From assembly GCA_951406725.2 (NCBI GenBank), contig OX597818.1:135718001-135782000 (forward strand): DNA of 64,000 nucleotides, in the 5' to 3' direction. The stretch comes from Octopus vulgaris. Taxonomy: Eukaryota. The notes beneath the pieces were generated by a model, which had not been told where the DNA came from, did not search any database, and saw only the letters and a list, made by a program, of their open reading frames with translations. The translations under genes and the position numbers were made by a program. Below are positions 50,343 through 63,680 of this stretch, piece by piece (position 1 is the first letter of the stretch; each line of letters opens with the position of its first letter).

Positions 50343-51059
50343 ATTCTACTTCTTTTGATATGTTCATGCTGACTGTAAGCAAAGAGTCACTATCCACCAT
50401 TTATACAGCCTTACAGCATATCCAACCAAGGAACATAACTCCTAACCTAATCCACTGGCCTTTTTCCGTTTCACCACCTCTTTCACAGCAGCTACAAACT
50501 GCATGTGTTAATCCATCTCCGACAATAAAGAGCAGTCACTATATTCCTTGTTTGTTTGCAATCCTCCATGAAAATATGTCTGAGCTGTTTGCTGTTTACG
50601 GACAAGGGGAAATATATTACCTTGTTTGGAAATAGATGAGGGTTGGTAACAGCGACAGCATCCAGTATATCTAGTGGCAGAAAATTTTACCTCAGTGAAA
50701 TCTCATCTGTTTCATGCAGCTATGGAAAGATAGAAGTTAGAATGATGACCATCATTGCCATCTTTTAATGGCCCTTTTGCATGCTGGCTTAACTATGTGC
50801 ATGTGTAAGTGTGTGCATTTTACTGTAAATGAGTGTCACTGTCATGCAAGCAGTGTTCTTTACTTCCATTCTTCCATAAAAACATGGCTGGCCATGGGGA
50901 ATATTTAACCTTACTTGGAAACAGGTGAGGGTTGGCAACAGAAAGGGCATATAACCACAGAAAAATCCACCCCAACAAACTCCATCCAAACCTTCTGAGC
51001 ATGGAAAAGTGTACACTAAAATAATGATGATGATGATCACACACACACTCACACACACG

Positions 51060-51115
<56 letters not shown>

Positions 51116-51199
51116 TACACACATAAATACATACATACACACACACACATACATACATACATACATAGGTTCATACATACATACATACATACATACATA

Positions 51200-51622
51200 T
51201 GCAAATGACCTCAGGGCATTGAACCTTTCAGGTGAGATGACAGAATATCGAGATGCCTGTCGTCTTGCTGTACTCAAGAAGACCTATACTCTGCAGCAGA
51301 AGTGTTAAGACCCGTCCCCCTGGTGGTGAGGATTGACCAGTTCCACATAAAAAGCACTTATGGTGGTGCCATGTAAAAGTGTCCATGTGGTTCCAAGTAA
51401 AAGTACCTGTGTGCCGTTATGTAAAAGCACTCATGCATGCCATGTAAAAGCACCCAGCACACTCTGTAAAGTGGTTGGCATTAGGAAAGGCATTCAGCCA
51501 TGGAAGCTATGCCAAATCAAACTGAAGTCTGGTACAGCTTGCCAGCTCTGGTCAAACTGTCCAACCCATGCCAGCATGAACAATGGATATTAAATGATGC
51601 TGATGGTGATGATGATACATAC

Positions 51623-51673
<51 letters not shown>

Positions 51674-52082
51674 AAGACATGTTGGGACAAGTAAAATCGA
51701 AATTGAAATTGAACCAATCCTATGACTGGCACCCGGCAGATACCAGGACCCCTGGACTGGTGGTACGTAAAAAGCACTATCCGAATCGTGGCTGATGCCA
51801 GCGCCGCCTCGACTGGCTTCCATGCCGGTGGCACGTAAAATGCACCAATCCGACCGTGGCCGTTGCCAGCCTCACCTGGCACCAGTGCGGGTGGTAGGTA
51901 AAAAGCACCCACTACACTCACGGAGTGGTTGGCATTAGGAAGGGCATCCAGCTGTAGAAACATTGCCAGATAAGACTGGAGCCTGGTGCAGCCTTCTGGC
52001 TTCCCAGATCCCCGGTCGAACCGTCCAACCCATGCTAGCATGGAGAACGGACGTTAAACAATGATGATGATGATGATGATGA

Positions 52083-52085
<3 letters not shown>
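51200..52085 (+). mobile_element. Two successive RTE 3'-end copies (51200-51616 and 51695-52085)
   Basis: Each has the conserved UTR and a (GAT)n tail. Confidence 0.8.
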
Positions 52086-52118
<33 letters not shown>

Positions 52119-52299
52119 CAACTTCCTCAACTTCACATATCACATTATTGATAGAGCCTCTTCCTACTCACTTGGAGCTCATAATTACCATTCCTGCCTC
52201 CCTGAGGAACTGCACATACATCACCAATCTGCAGTATCGATTAATTGGATAACTGATCTATCTTATTGCTTCTACCGGAGGTACATCCTGTAAATCTAC

Positions 52300-52532
52300 T
52301 AACCATTCGCTGCTGATAACCTGAAATGGCAGCAAAGTTTTCTCAGTGAACAGGTCACAGTCTCAAAGCAACGAAAATATTTTGACAAATTAAATTTAAA
52401 TGTTGAAGTGAATCTAACAGTTTTTGTGTGTTTCTTAAATGGCTTATAAACACCTTCCACGCTGCAACTGTTTTCGTTCCAGCACACGACCTCAGATCAA
52501 GTCACTCGCTATGCAAGTACATCTCCGTAATA
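52300..52532 (+). mobile_element. PLE pLTR-like element, same family as 950-1130
   Basis: Shares tgacaaatt...aaacaccttccacgctgcaa...tacatctccgtaata. Confidence 0.7.
52339..52389 (+). ncRNA. Hammerhead ribozyme candidate with G3:C8 covariation (partly decayed)
   Basis: Reads tttctca GTGAACA g gtcac-agtctcaaa-gcaac GAA AATATT T^ tgacaaa. Confidence 0.55.
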
Positions 52533-52912
52533 TAAATTTCTGTCATCTGTAAAGATAAGAGCCCACTATCATTCAATCTGGTCATGCAAGCTCATATGTA
52601 ACCTGATACCATCATATTGAGTTACTTGTTCACATTGTAATTGTTGTCAGTGAAATACGAGACTCTACAGAATGACAACTAATGAATGCCAACATCATGT
52701 CTGGTCTGTGACTTGTAACATCCAATGTAAAGACCTGATGTTGCTGAAATATCAAACCCTTCAGAATTGTAATTAACTAATGCCCACATCCTGCCTTCTT
52801 TACTATGTTCTGCTTTCAGTAAAAGAATTGATGTTATGGTAACCAAAACAGCCATGTTACCTGGTTTGGGTATTTAGCTCACAGGTCGTAAGGTTGGGAG
52901 GTCAATTTCCAG

Positions 52913-53290
52913 CTCTTTTACTCTTTTACTTGTTTCAGTCATTTGAATGCGGGCCATGCTGGAGCACCGCCTTAAATCGAGCAACTTGACCCCGGGACTT
53001 ATTCTTTTGTAAGCCCAGTACTTATTCTATCGGTCTCTTTTGCCGAACCGCTAAGAAACGGGGACATAAACACACCAGCATCGGTTGTCAAGCAATGCTA
53101 GAGAGACAATCACAGACACACAAACACACACACGCATATATATATATAAATATACATATATACGACGGGCTTCTTTCAGTTTTCGTCTACCAAATCCACT
53201 CACAAGGCTTTGGTCGGCCCGAGGCTATAGCAAAAGACACTTGCCCAAGGTGCCACGCAGTGGGACTGAACCCGGAACCATGTGGTACGT
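52913..53290 (-). mobile_element. SINE family A (head truncated by a family C fragment)
   Basis: Reverse complement match. Confidence 0.85.
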
Positions 53291-54014
53291 TGTTCTTGAG
53301 CAAGACACTTTATTTCATAATGTTAGTACCTGTATTTCAAAGGCCAGCCTTGTCACATTCTGTTTCACACTAATTCTCCCTGAGAACTATGTTAAACATA
53401 TGCGTGTCTGTGGAGTGATCTGCCATGTGTGCGTTGATTTCACTACCAGGCTGTCCACATTGTAACTGTTGTCAGTGAAATACAAGACTCTACAAAATGA
53501 CAACTAATGAATGCGAACATCTTGTCTGTTCTGTGACTTGTAACATCTAATGTAAAGACCTGATGTTGCTGAAATATGATGTTGCTTTTACATGGCACGC
53601 ATGGCACGCATGATGATGAACACACACACACACACACACACAGCTAAGTTGAACTGTCTAAAGTCGTAAGACACCCGCTGTTTTTCAGGTTGATCAGGTC
53701 GACTGGAACTCTCATCGTCATAACCAGTAGAATGCCAGTTACACACACACACGCGCGCGCGCGTGCGGGCACACACACATAATCTGATTTTACTCTTAGC
53801 TGACTTTTTGCTTATGTTATATTATCATCAAAGGTCACCTCCAATGTTGTTGTGATGTAACACAGGGAAAGAGTTATCCAACGGTTATATCAGAAGCTCA
53901 GTTAACATAGGCACTTACGTACATACAAACATACATATGTACATACATAGTGCATGTGCAGATGTGTGTGTGTGTGTGTGTAGTTCAAAATGTGTAAGCA
54001 TGTGTTTATATTTA

Positions 54015-54217
54015 TTACTCTTTACTCTTTTACTCTTTTACTTGTTTCAGTCATTTGACTGTGGCCATGCTGGAGCACTGCCTTTAGTCGATCAAATCGA
54101 CCCCGGGACTTATTCTTTGTAAGCCCAGTACTTATTCTATCGGTCTCTTTTTGCCGAACCGCTTAGTGACGGGGACATAAACACACCAGCATTGGTTGTC
54201 AAGCAATGCTAGGGGGA

Positions 54218-54261
<44 letters not shown>

Positions 54262-54433
54262 CATATATACGACAGGCTTCTTTCAGTTTCCGTCTACCAA
54301 ATCCATTCACAAGGCATTGGTCGGCCCGGGGCTATAGCAGAAGACACTTGCCCAAGGTGCCACGCAGTGGGACTGAACCCGGAACCATGTGGTTGGTTAG
54401 CAAGCTACTTACCACACAGCCACTCCTGCGCCT
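54015..54433 (-). mobile_element. SINE family A
   Basis: Reverse complement match. Confidence 0.9.
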
Positions 54434-54796
54434 ATGTTATTAGTGAATATTTGTTAGTGTACATGGTACATCTCAATTTATATTCCACCCGTTGGACCCC
54501 ACCCTGCCCCATATACGGAAAACAGATTAATATTTGAAACAAGAGGAACATTTTCTATCAAGAAGTAAAAGAAAAGAAAAAAAAAATTATAAAAGTTAAA
54601 ACGAATAAATAATAACGATAAAAAAATAAGATAATTCTGGAAAGTTTCCCAAAATGATTTAAAGACAGAACTACCATTAAATAGCGGTAATTCCCACAAC
54701 TGATGTCTTTTGTTTGTTATCGATTCAATATCTAAAATATTTGTTCTGATTTCTCTGTTGGATGGAAACATCGTTTTATTTATTTTTAGTCTTTAA

Positions 54797-55161
54797 CCCC
54801 GGAGTGGTTGGCGTTAGGAAGGGCATCCAGCCGTAGAAACATTGCCAGATTTGACTGGGCCTGATGAAGCCTTCTGGCTTCACAGACCCCAGCAGAACCG
54901 TCCAACCCATGCTAGCATGGAAAACGGACGCTAAATGATGATGATGATGATGATGATTATTCTACCAAAATTAATGCTTTTTCATCCACTTTGTTTTGAA
55001 CTAATCAGGCATTATCTTGTAGCTATGAGATTTTGATGAGGTAGCTGTTAATTTTTAAAACGACATTGTAGGGTTGGTGTGAGAGGCCAGATCTGGCCAA
55101 TTTGAACATAAAACAAGCAGAATACTTTTGGCCGGATATAGCCGGTTTAAATGCTAAAGGG
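54797..55161. mobile_element. TTAA MITE family 1 with an RTE 3' end (54800-54957) inserted in its left TIR
   Basis: ttaa|ccc, then the RTE tail, then the MITE body to aaaggg|ttaa. Confidence 0.75.
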
Positions 55162-55269
55162 TTAATGAATTCTTTGAAATATTTCCTTTGCCTAGACATT
55201 AAAATCTATTTAGAGGCATTTGTTATGTTAAGGAATGTTGAGGGACCTCACCTTCACTGTGAGCCACCC

Positions 55270-55551
55270 AACATCACCACTACAACTGCCTACACCATTA
55301 CTACCACCACTACCACTACTACCACATACCATCATACACCACACACACACACACACACATACACATACATACACACACACACCATCTACCACCACTATGA
55401 CCACCACCACCACAATTGCCACTGTTGCCATCAACACCACCATGCACTCACCAATAGCTACCACCACAACCACCACTACCGCAAGTGTCAATACTGCCAT
55501 CACCACTACTACCATTGCTGCTACTGTCTTTGATTCTGCCTTTACTACTGC

Positions 55552-55594
<43 letters not shown>

Positions 55595-56575
55595 ACCACC
55601 ACCACCACCACCACCACCACCACCACTCCACCACCACCACCAACTCCACCACCAACTCCACCACCACCACCACCACCACTACCACCACCAACTCCACCAC
55701 CACCACCAACTCCACCACCACCACCAACTCCACCACCACCACTACCACCACCACCACCACCACCACCAACAACAACTCCACCACCACCACCAACTCCACC
55801 ACCACCACCAACTCCACCACCACCACCAACTCCACCACCACCACCAACTCCACCACCACCACCTACTCCACCACCACCACCACCACCAACTCCACCACCA
55901 CCACCACCACCACCACCACCACCACCCACCACCACCACACCACCACCACCACCACCACCACCAACACCACCACCACCACCACCACCAACACCACCACCAC
56001 CACCAACTCCACCACCACCACCAACTCCACCACCACCACCAACTCCACCACCACCACCACTCCACCACCACCACCACCACCACCACCACCACCAACTCCA
56101 CCACCACCACCACCACCACCACCACCACCACCACCACCAACAACAACAACAACCACCACCACCAACTCCACCACCACCACCAACACACCACCACCACCAC
56201 CACCACCACCACCACCACCACTCCACCACCACCACCACCACCACCACCACCACCACCACCACCACCACCACCACCACCACCACCACCACCACCACCAACT
56301 CCACCACCACCACCAACTCCACCACCACCACCAACTCCACCACCACCACCACCAACACCACCACCACCACCTCCACCACCACCACCAACTCCTCCACCAC
56401 CACTTCCACCCTCACTCTCACCCACCATCACTACAACCACTGCCACTACCAATACCACCACGACCACCACTGCTGCTAACTCCATTGCCAGTGCTGCCAC
56501 TGCTAGCACAAACACCACCACCATTATCATCATCTCCACCACCACCACCACCACCACCACTCACCATCACTACCA
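55270..56575. repeat. (CCA)n microsatellite with higher-order 15-mer CCACCACCACCAACT and a (CCG)n patch
   Basis: Seen directly. It is the source of the poly-P/H/T/G/W ORFs. Confidence 0.95.
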
Positions 56576-57629
56576 CCTGGGGTTAGCATAGGTAGTTAGA
56601 AAGTCCTTGGGATTAGTCAAGATTAGTCAAGATTCTTGGCAATGTGTAGAAGCTCTTGAGAAGTGGTGATACTGAAGGAGATGGTTTAGGCAAAATAGAG
56701 GTCGTTTAATGTCAACTTAGTGGCACAGATGGAAGGACATGGCTCCATGAAAGACAAGGGATTAAAGATTAATGGTTGAATGTAGCTTAGTTACTTCAGT
56801 CATAGTTTCCATTATTCACTAAAGAACTGTTTAGTCTTCATTTTCAGTATATTTTGGATAACAGTGTTAAGTTTAGTGAAACATCTTCATTATAGTAGCT
56901 GGTTATCTTTTACTTGTTTCAGTCATTGGACTGTGGTCATGCTGGAGCACTGCTTTGAAAGGTTTGCTCAAATAAATTGACCCTTGTACATATTTTGTAA
57001 AGTCTGGTACTTAATCTACTGGTCTCTTTTGCTGAACTGTTGAGGGACAGGGATGTAAACAAACCAACACAATGGGACACACGCGTGCGCGCACACACAC
57101 ATGCACGCACACACGCACATGCACGCACACACACACACACATACACACACACACGTTCACACACACAACCACACACACGCATACACATATGCACACACAC
57201 ATGCGCACACACACACACACACACACGCACACACACACATGCACGCGTGCACACACACACACACACACACAATGGTAGTTTACATCTACCCAATTCACTC
57301 ATAAGGCATTAGATGGCCCACGATACTGCCATGTGGGGCTGAACCTGAAAGAAAATGGTCGCAAAGTGAGCTTCTTAATCACAAAACCATGCCTGCCACA
57401 CTTGTCAGGTTAAATGATAAAGCATACCTCCTCATGGTACCTATTTACAATAGAGTTGTCTTTATTACTTCAGCAGTTTGAGATAAATATAGAAGTATAT
57501 GAAAAGATAGATTTGTGTATCATCTAATGATATGAACTTTTGATGTTTCTATTTGTTAACAGCTAATGTCAACCCTGCTTTTAATCCTTCTAGAATTGGT
57601 AAAAGATACCAGTCATATACTAGGTTGGA

Positions 57630-57892
57630 GTCTAAGCTAGTTGTTTCTCTGTAACCATACATACCACAGTCTGAGTCATTATGACCATAAGTATGACAGT
57701 TTGTATCTCTATGACCATACACACCACAATGTGTACTTTTGTGACTACTGTGTCTTTGTGGCCATACATATTACCATCTGTGCCTCTGTGGCTATACACA
57801 CTACAGTCTGTGATCATACATACCACCATATGTATTTTTGTGACCACGCATACTACAGTCTCTGTCTTTGTGACCATACATACAGGAGTCTG
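57630..57892. repeat. Minisatellite with unit of about 30 bp
   Basis: tgtgaccatacataccacagtc-like units. Confidence 0.8.
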
Positions 57893-58451
57893 TACCTTTC
57901 ATATTCACATGTCATACCTTTCTTTCTGTAGTAACATTAGATGTTGTTCATACACATTGGTATAACAAACCTAGCTATAAATATCCCAGAAGGAAATTAT
58001 TAGTTTTTCCAATCTCACTTCATAAACATTAACACATTGTTGCCGTGAAAAGTGGCTCAGAGAGAGAGAGGGGGGAGGGAGAGAGAGAGAGGGAGAGCGA
58101 GGGGGAGGGAATGAGGGGAGAGAGGGATGGAGGGAGAGAGAGAGAGAGAGTATGTATTGTACTGTACTGTTCCCTTTACAAAGCTATAAAATGGTTTTCC
58201 AGTTTACCTAATTACAATAAGAATGTGAATTGGATGGAATCATTTTATGGAAATAATGATGTAGCAATTGAGTCATCACCTGGAACTGAAACTATTCCCT
58301 TCTTTGTTTTGATTAGTATTTGTGTTGCTGCTGTTGTTGTTGATCTTGTAGCTGCTAATGTTGTTGCTATTGTTATTGTTGTTGTTTACCGCTGTGTTCT
58401 GTTGTTTCTTTTACCATTGGGAATTTTAATGCAAATATTTCTCATTTCTCA

Positions 58452-58769
58452 AGTTGCCGGTGGCACATAAAAAGCACCATCCAAACATGGCTGATGCCAG
58501 CGCCGCCTAACTGGCACCTGTGCCGGTGACACGTAAAAAGCACCAGCCGATCGTGGCTGTTTGCCAGCCTCCTCTGGGCCCTGTGCCACTGGCATGTAAA
58601 AAGCACCCGCTACACATACGGAGTGGTTGGTATTAGGAAGGGCATCCAGCTGTAGAAACACTGCCAGATCAGACTGGAGCCTGGCACAGCCTCCTGGGTT
58701 TCCAGATCCCGGTCGAACCGTCCAACCCATGCTAGCATGGAAAACGGACGTTAAACAATGATGATGATG
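58452..58769 (+). mobile_element. RTE LINE 3'-end copy
   Basis: Conserved UTR and (GAT)n. Confidence 0.8.
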
Positions 58770-59339
58770 TGGTGAGCTGGTAGAATTGTTAGTGCTGTTT
58801 CTTCTGATTCTCTATGTTTGTTCAGAGTTCAAATTCCACTGAAGCTGACGTTACCTTTCATCCTTTCAGGGTCAATGAAATAAAGCACTAGAAGATGTAA
58901 TTGATTATCACCTTCCCATAGATACTGACATGGCTCTGTGCTTAAGAAGCTTGCTTCTCAACCATGTCGTCTTGGGTTCAGTCCATTGTGCAGTACCTTG
59001 GGCAAGTGTCTCCGAGCTGACCAATGCCCTGTGAGTGAATTTTGTTAACAGAAATTGTGTGGAAGACCATTGTCTTTGCACTTGTGTCTTTGCATCTGTA
59101 TTTTTTCCACCCCCACCATTGCTTGAGAACTACTGTTGGTTTGTTTACATCCCCATAATTTGGTAACAGGGTTGATTTGTTTGACTAAAACTCTTCAAAG
59201 CAGTTGCCCCAGCATGACTGCAGTCGAATGGCTACAACAAGTAAGTGGTAAAAGATGAAAGAAGTATTTCTAAATATTTGGACTGAGACAATTGGGAGAG
59301 ATTAAGGATAGAAACTGAGTCCTGGAGCTGTTCTTGTAC

Positions 59340-59690
59340 TGGTTGATCTGATACTGAATACTGAGTGGTCTGGGATTGAACACTGAGGTGGTCAGAGTTG
59401 AGTATTGGATAGTTTACGGTTTAAATACTGAGTAGTTTGAGAGTGAATCCTAGGTGGTTTGAGGCAAAGTACTGAGTGGTTTGAGGTTGAGGACTAAGTA
59501 GTTTGATACTGAGCATTGGGTGGTTTGAAGTAAAGGACCGAGTGGTTTAAGGTAAAGGACTGAGTGGTTTGAGGCTGAGCATTGGATGATTTTAGGCTGA
59601 GTACTGGAGGATTTGGAACTGAGTACTGGGTGATTTGGGACTGAGTACTGGGTGATTTGGGACTGAGTACTGTGTAGTTTAATGCTGAGC
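59340..59690. repeat. Minisatellite with unit of about 21 bp
   Basis: actgagtggtttgagg-like units. Confidence 0.8.
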
Positions 59691-60274
59691 TGACAACAGA
59701 CTTCTATACAGTTTCCATTTATATTCAATTTCACTCCCAAGGTATGGGTTGGCCTGAAGCTATAGAAAATGATATTTGTCCAAGATGCTTCCCAGTGAGA
59801 TCAAACCTGGGTTCTTGTGAATGTGAAGCAAACTCATTAACCATTTGGCTAAACTTGTTTTTTTTTTAATTCTTCTACTTTTTCTGATATTGCGCTGTGG
59901 CCATGCTGTGCTCTGTCTTGAAGTTTATAATTGATGACATCAAGCTTCTTCACTATTCATTTTAAGTCTGGTAGCTTATTTTGTTGATCTCTTTTTGCCA
60001 AGCTGGTAAGTTAAGAGACCTAAGCAAAGCAACACCAGTTATCAAGTAGTGGGGAACAAACACAAACATGTTCTCATACATCTCACTCTCCCCCTCTTTC
60101 TCTCTTTCTCTTTATATACATATATGTTAGCTTTGTGCAGTTTTCAGTTCCCAAATTTACTCACAAGGCATTGGTTGGTGCAGGGCTATAGCAGAAGACA
60201 CTTTTCCAAGGTATCACACAGTGGAACTGGACCCTGAAACCATGTGGTTGTGAAGATAAAAAAACCCTATTAAC

Positions 60275-60541
60275 TGTGGGATGACGTCAGCAGCTGGGTG
60301 AGCTGACCGGAAGTTGGGGCCAACCGGAAGCGAGCGGCGATTTCGGCCTTTCGAACGAGGGTCGTCGATGTGTTAAGACTTGTGTTAAGACTTGTGAAGA
60401 CGTTGCTAAGGTTGGGTAAAGCAGCTGCTATCTTTAGTGTTCGGGTCGGGGCTGTGTTGAAGGATCCGTTACCACTGAAGGGTTTCTATCAGAGCGAAGA
60501 GGAGGTAGGTGCCTTTATATTCGAATCTCGCACACACCACA
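60275..60541. mobile_element. Solo LTR (Gypsy/BEL-type), 267 bp
   Basis: TGTGG...CCACA termini and a 5-bp TSD ttaac at 60270-60274 and 60542-60546. It is CpG-rich and inserted in a SINE A head. Confidence 0.8.
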
Positions 60542-61283
60542 TTAACCACAAAGCAATGCCTGTATCTACATCTTTACATTACTTTATGGAAGGGAACAAA
60601 TGATTTAACTTCTATTTCTTATGCCACGTCTTTGTAAAAAAAAAACAAACATACAAAACTTTAAAATAATCTTTGTGTTGCGTGGATTCTTTTGATAATT
60701 GGTGCGGTGAGGGTAGTCACTGAAAAAGGAACCAGCTGCCAAATATTTACCTAATTAATGTTCTGAAGTAACAACTATCTGTATTAAGGAGGGTTAAATT
60801 AGCATATTTATATTTTGTTGCCACATTTATCCAGTAGGTTAGTGAAGTGTAGGTTCTGGTTTGGCAGCTCTTTGCAGTAGCAAAATCAATATTCTACCCA
60901 AATTCCTGCTTTATTACAAATAGTGACTGCCTTACTTGAAATCTCACATTTGCTTGTTTTATACAAAAAGTACAAAACTCCTCTCTCTTATTCAATACGA
61001 TCCTCTTTTATACAATACTGTCCCTTTTTTTTTATATATATAATACTCTTCTCTGCTATACAATACTCCTCTGCTATTCTTATTTCTTATTATTTTATCA
61101 GTTTTCATTTGTAAATAAAAGTGATATGAAAGAAAAAAACAAAACAGCCACTGTTGAATTAGAAATAATATTTTTTTAAATGTTTGAAAAAAAAAATAAT
61201 ATTTAATATATAATGATTTTATATTAATATCATTTTAAAAATATGTTTCATAACATATATGCATATATATATATATATATATA

Positions 61284-61880
61284 TCATCATCATCATCATC
61301 ATCATCGTTTAACGTTCGCTTTCCATGCTAGCATGGGTTGGATGGTTCAACTGGGGTCTGACAAGCCCGAAGGCTGCACCAGGCCAGTCAGATCTGGCAG
61401 TGTTTCTACAGCTGGATGCCCTTCCTAACGCCAACCACTCCGAGAGTGTAGTGGGTGATTTTATGTGCCACCGACACAGGTGCCAGACGAGGCTGGCAGA
61501 CGGCCTCGCTCGGATGGTGTTTTTTATGTGCCACCGACACAGGTGCCAGACGAGGCTGGCAGACGGCCACGCTCGGATGGTGTTTTCTTATGTGTCACCG
61601 ACACAGGTGCCAGACGAGGCTGGCGAACGGCCACGCTTGGATGGTGTTTGTTACGTGCCCTCAGACACCATCCGAGCGTGATGCTGTTTGCACGTAAAAA
61701 GCACCCACTACACTCTCGGAGTGGTTGGTGTTAGGAAGGGCATCCAGCTGTAGAAACATTGCCAGATCAGATTGGAGCTTGGCACAGCCTTCTGGCTTGC
61801 CAGTCCTCAATCAAGCTGTCCAACTCATGTCAGCATGGAATGTGGACATTAAACGTCGATGACGACGACGACGACGATGA
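61284..61880. mobile_element. Head-to-head pair of RTE 3'-end copies with three tandem units of about 62 bp
   Basis: (CAT)n-UTR on minus (61284-61665), then UTR-(GAC)n on plus (61666-61880). Confidence 0.8.
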
Positions 61881-61984
61881 CACACACACATATATCTGTT
61901 GTATAATGCATTTGTTTTATAATATAACTTGTATAATGTATTTGTTAAGAATATAAAACTATTTTATAGAATATATTTATTGTA

Positions 61985-62290
61985 CAGGTTGTTCAGGCAA
62001 AATTTGACACTTTGCATAAGTAAAAAAGAAACCATTATATCCAACCAAAAATAAAAGTATTCTAAAAAATATCGAAAAACATCCACTAGATTATGGCTGG
62101 GAGATAATAGTTTATTTGAAATAGTCACCCTCAGCTTCCACCACATCCTCAAGATGGCTCTGGAACCTTGCGCATGCATTCCTCACTGTGTCCCTAGGAA
62201 GATCTTCAAACACCTTCTTGATCTTGGCTATCTGCTCAGCCTTGGTATTGCAGGCAGTGTGGCAGTGTGGCTGGTGTCTTTCTCAATCAT
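61985..62290 (-). mobile_element. maT-type element 3' end, family of 10003-10873
   Basis: Reverse complement of about 10580-10873, including TIR ta|caggttgttcaggcaaaatttga. Confidence 0.7.
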
Positions 62291-62342
62291 GCTCCTTGCG
62301 TTGTTGTGTTTTCTCTTTGTGTTTTCATGTTTGGATTAACTT

Positions 62343-62485
62343 TGAAGGGCATCCAGCCGTAGAAACACTGCCAGATCTGACTGGGCCTGATGAAGCCTTC
62401 TGGCTTCACAGACCCCAGTTGAACCGTCCAACCCATGCCAGCATGGAAAACGGACGCTAAATGATGATGATGATGATGATGATGA
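62343..62485 (+). mobile_element. RTE LINE 3'-end copy (short, young)
   Basis: Near-identical to 54818-54957. Confidence 0.8.
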
Positions 62486-63296
62486 TATACACACACACAC
62501 ATATATATAACTGGCCACTCCATTGGTTATGATGATGATGGTTCTGATTGATCCAACCAATGGAACAGCCTGCTCATGAAATTAACATGTAGGTAGCTGA
62601 GCACTCCACAGATACACGTATCCTTAATGTAGTTCTCAGGGAGATTCAGCATGATACATAGTGTGACAAGGTTGTCCCTTTGAAATACAGGTACTACTCA
62701 TTTTTGAGTGGACTGAAGCAATGTGAAATAAAGTGTCTTGCCCAAGGACACAATGTGCTGCTGGGAATTGAATTCATGACTTTATGATTGTGAACCAAAT
62801 ACCCTAACCATTAAGCCACATGCCTTCACACACACAGAAGATTCCTCACAGTTTCTGTCTACCAAAATCATTCATAAGGCATTGGTGGATCCAGGGTTAT
62901 AGTAGAAGACACTTGCCTAAAGTGTCATGCAGTGGGATTGAACTGGAAACTACATGGTTGCAAAGTGAGCTTCTTAACCACACAGCCATATATTGAGAAA
63001 AGCATAACTGTCACATTCTTATTTTCAACCTACAATAAAATCTGTAAATAGCATTGACCTGCAGGGTTACCAGATTGGGCCACAAGAAGTAGATTATGCG
63101 ACTGCCTTTTAGGATTGCAAGCTACCATTTTCATGCCATTGTTTTTAATGTAATTGATCTACCAACCTTTAACCAGAAATGGTGTTACAACCTCACCCAG
63201 AAGAATAGATTGAAGCATCATAGTGGCTCACTTCATGCAGTACATAAACACAATTTACTGGCATCACACTTGGGGTTATCTAACTGACTACTACTA

Positions 63297-63680
63297 ATGG
63301 AAGCACTCCGTCGGTTACGACGACGAGGGTTCCGGTTGATCCGAATCAACGGAATAGCCTGCTCGTGAAATTAACGTGTAAGTGACTGAGCACTCCACAG
63401 GCACGTGTACCCTTAACGTAGTTCTCAGGGATATTTAGCGTGACACAGAGAGTGACAAGGCCGGCCCTTGAAATACAGGTACAACAGAAACAGGAAGTAA
63501 GAGTGAGAGAAGGCTGTAGTGAAAGAGTACAGCAGGGATCACCACCATCCCCTGCCGAAGCCTCGTGGAGCTTTTAGGTGTTTTCGCTCAATAAACACTC
63601 ACAACGCCCGGTCTGGGAATCGAAACCGCGATCCTATGACCGCGAGTCCGCTGCCCTAACCACTGGGCCATTGCGCCTCC
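63297..63680 (-). mobile_element. tRNA-derived SINE family C, full length with TSD
   Basis: Minus-strand head ggaggcgcaatggcccagtggttagggcagcgg...ggtttcgattccc. TSD actgactactacta at 63283-63296 and 63681-63694. Confidence 0.9.

Noticed and set aside
55228-56591. 368-414-aa Pro/His/Gly-rich ORFs
   Set aside because: They are translations of the (CCA)n microsatellite, open on both strands.
61455-61660. Repeat-spacer-like arrays resembling CRISPR
   Set aside because: The apparent spacers are homologous to each other, the arrays lie in RTE 3' UTRs, the DNA is eukaryotic and there are no cas genes.
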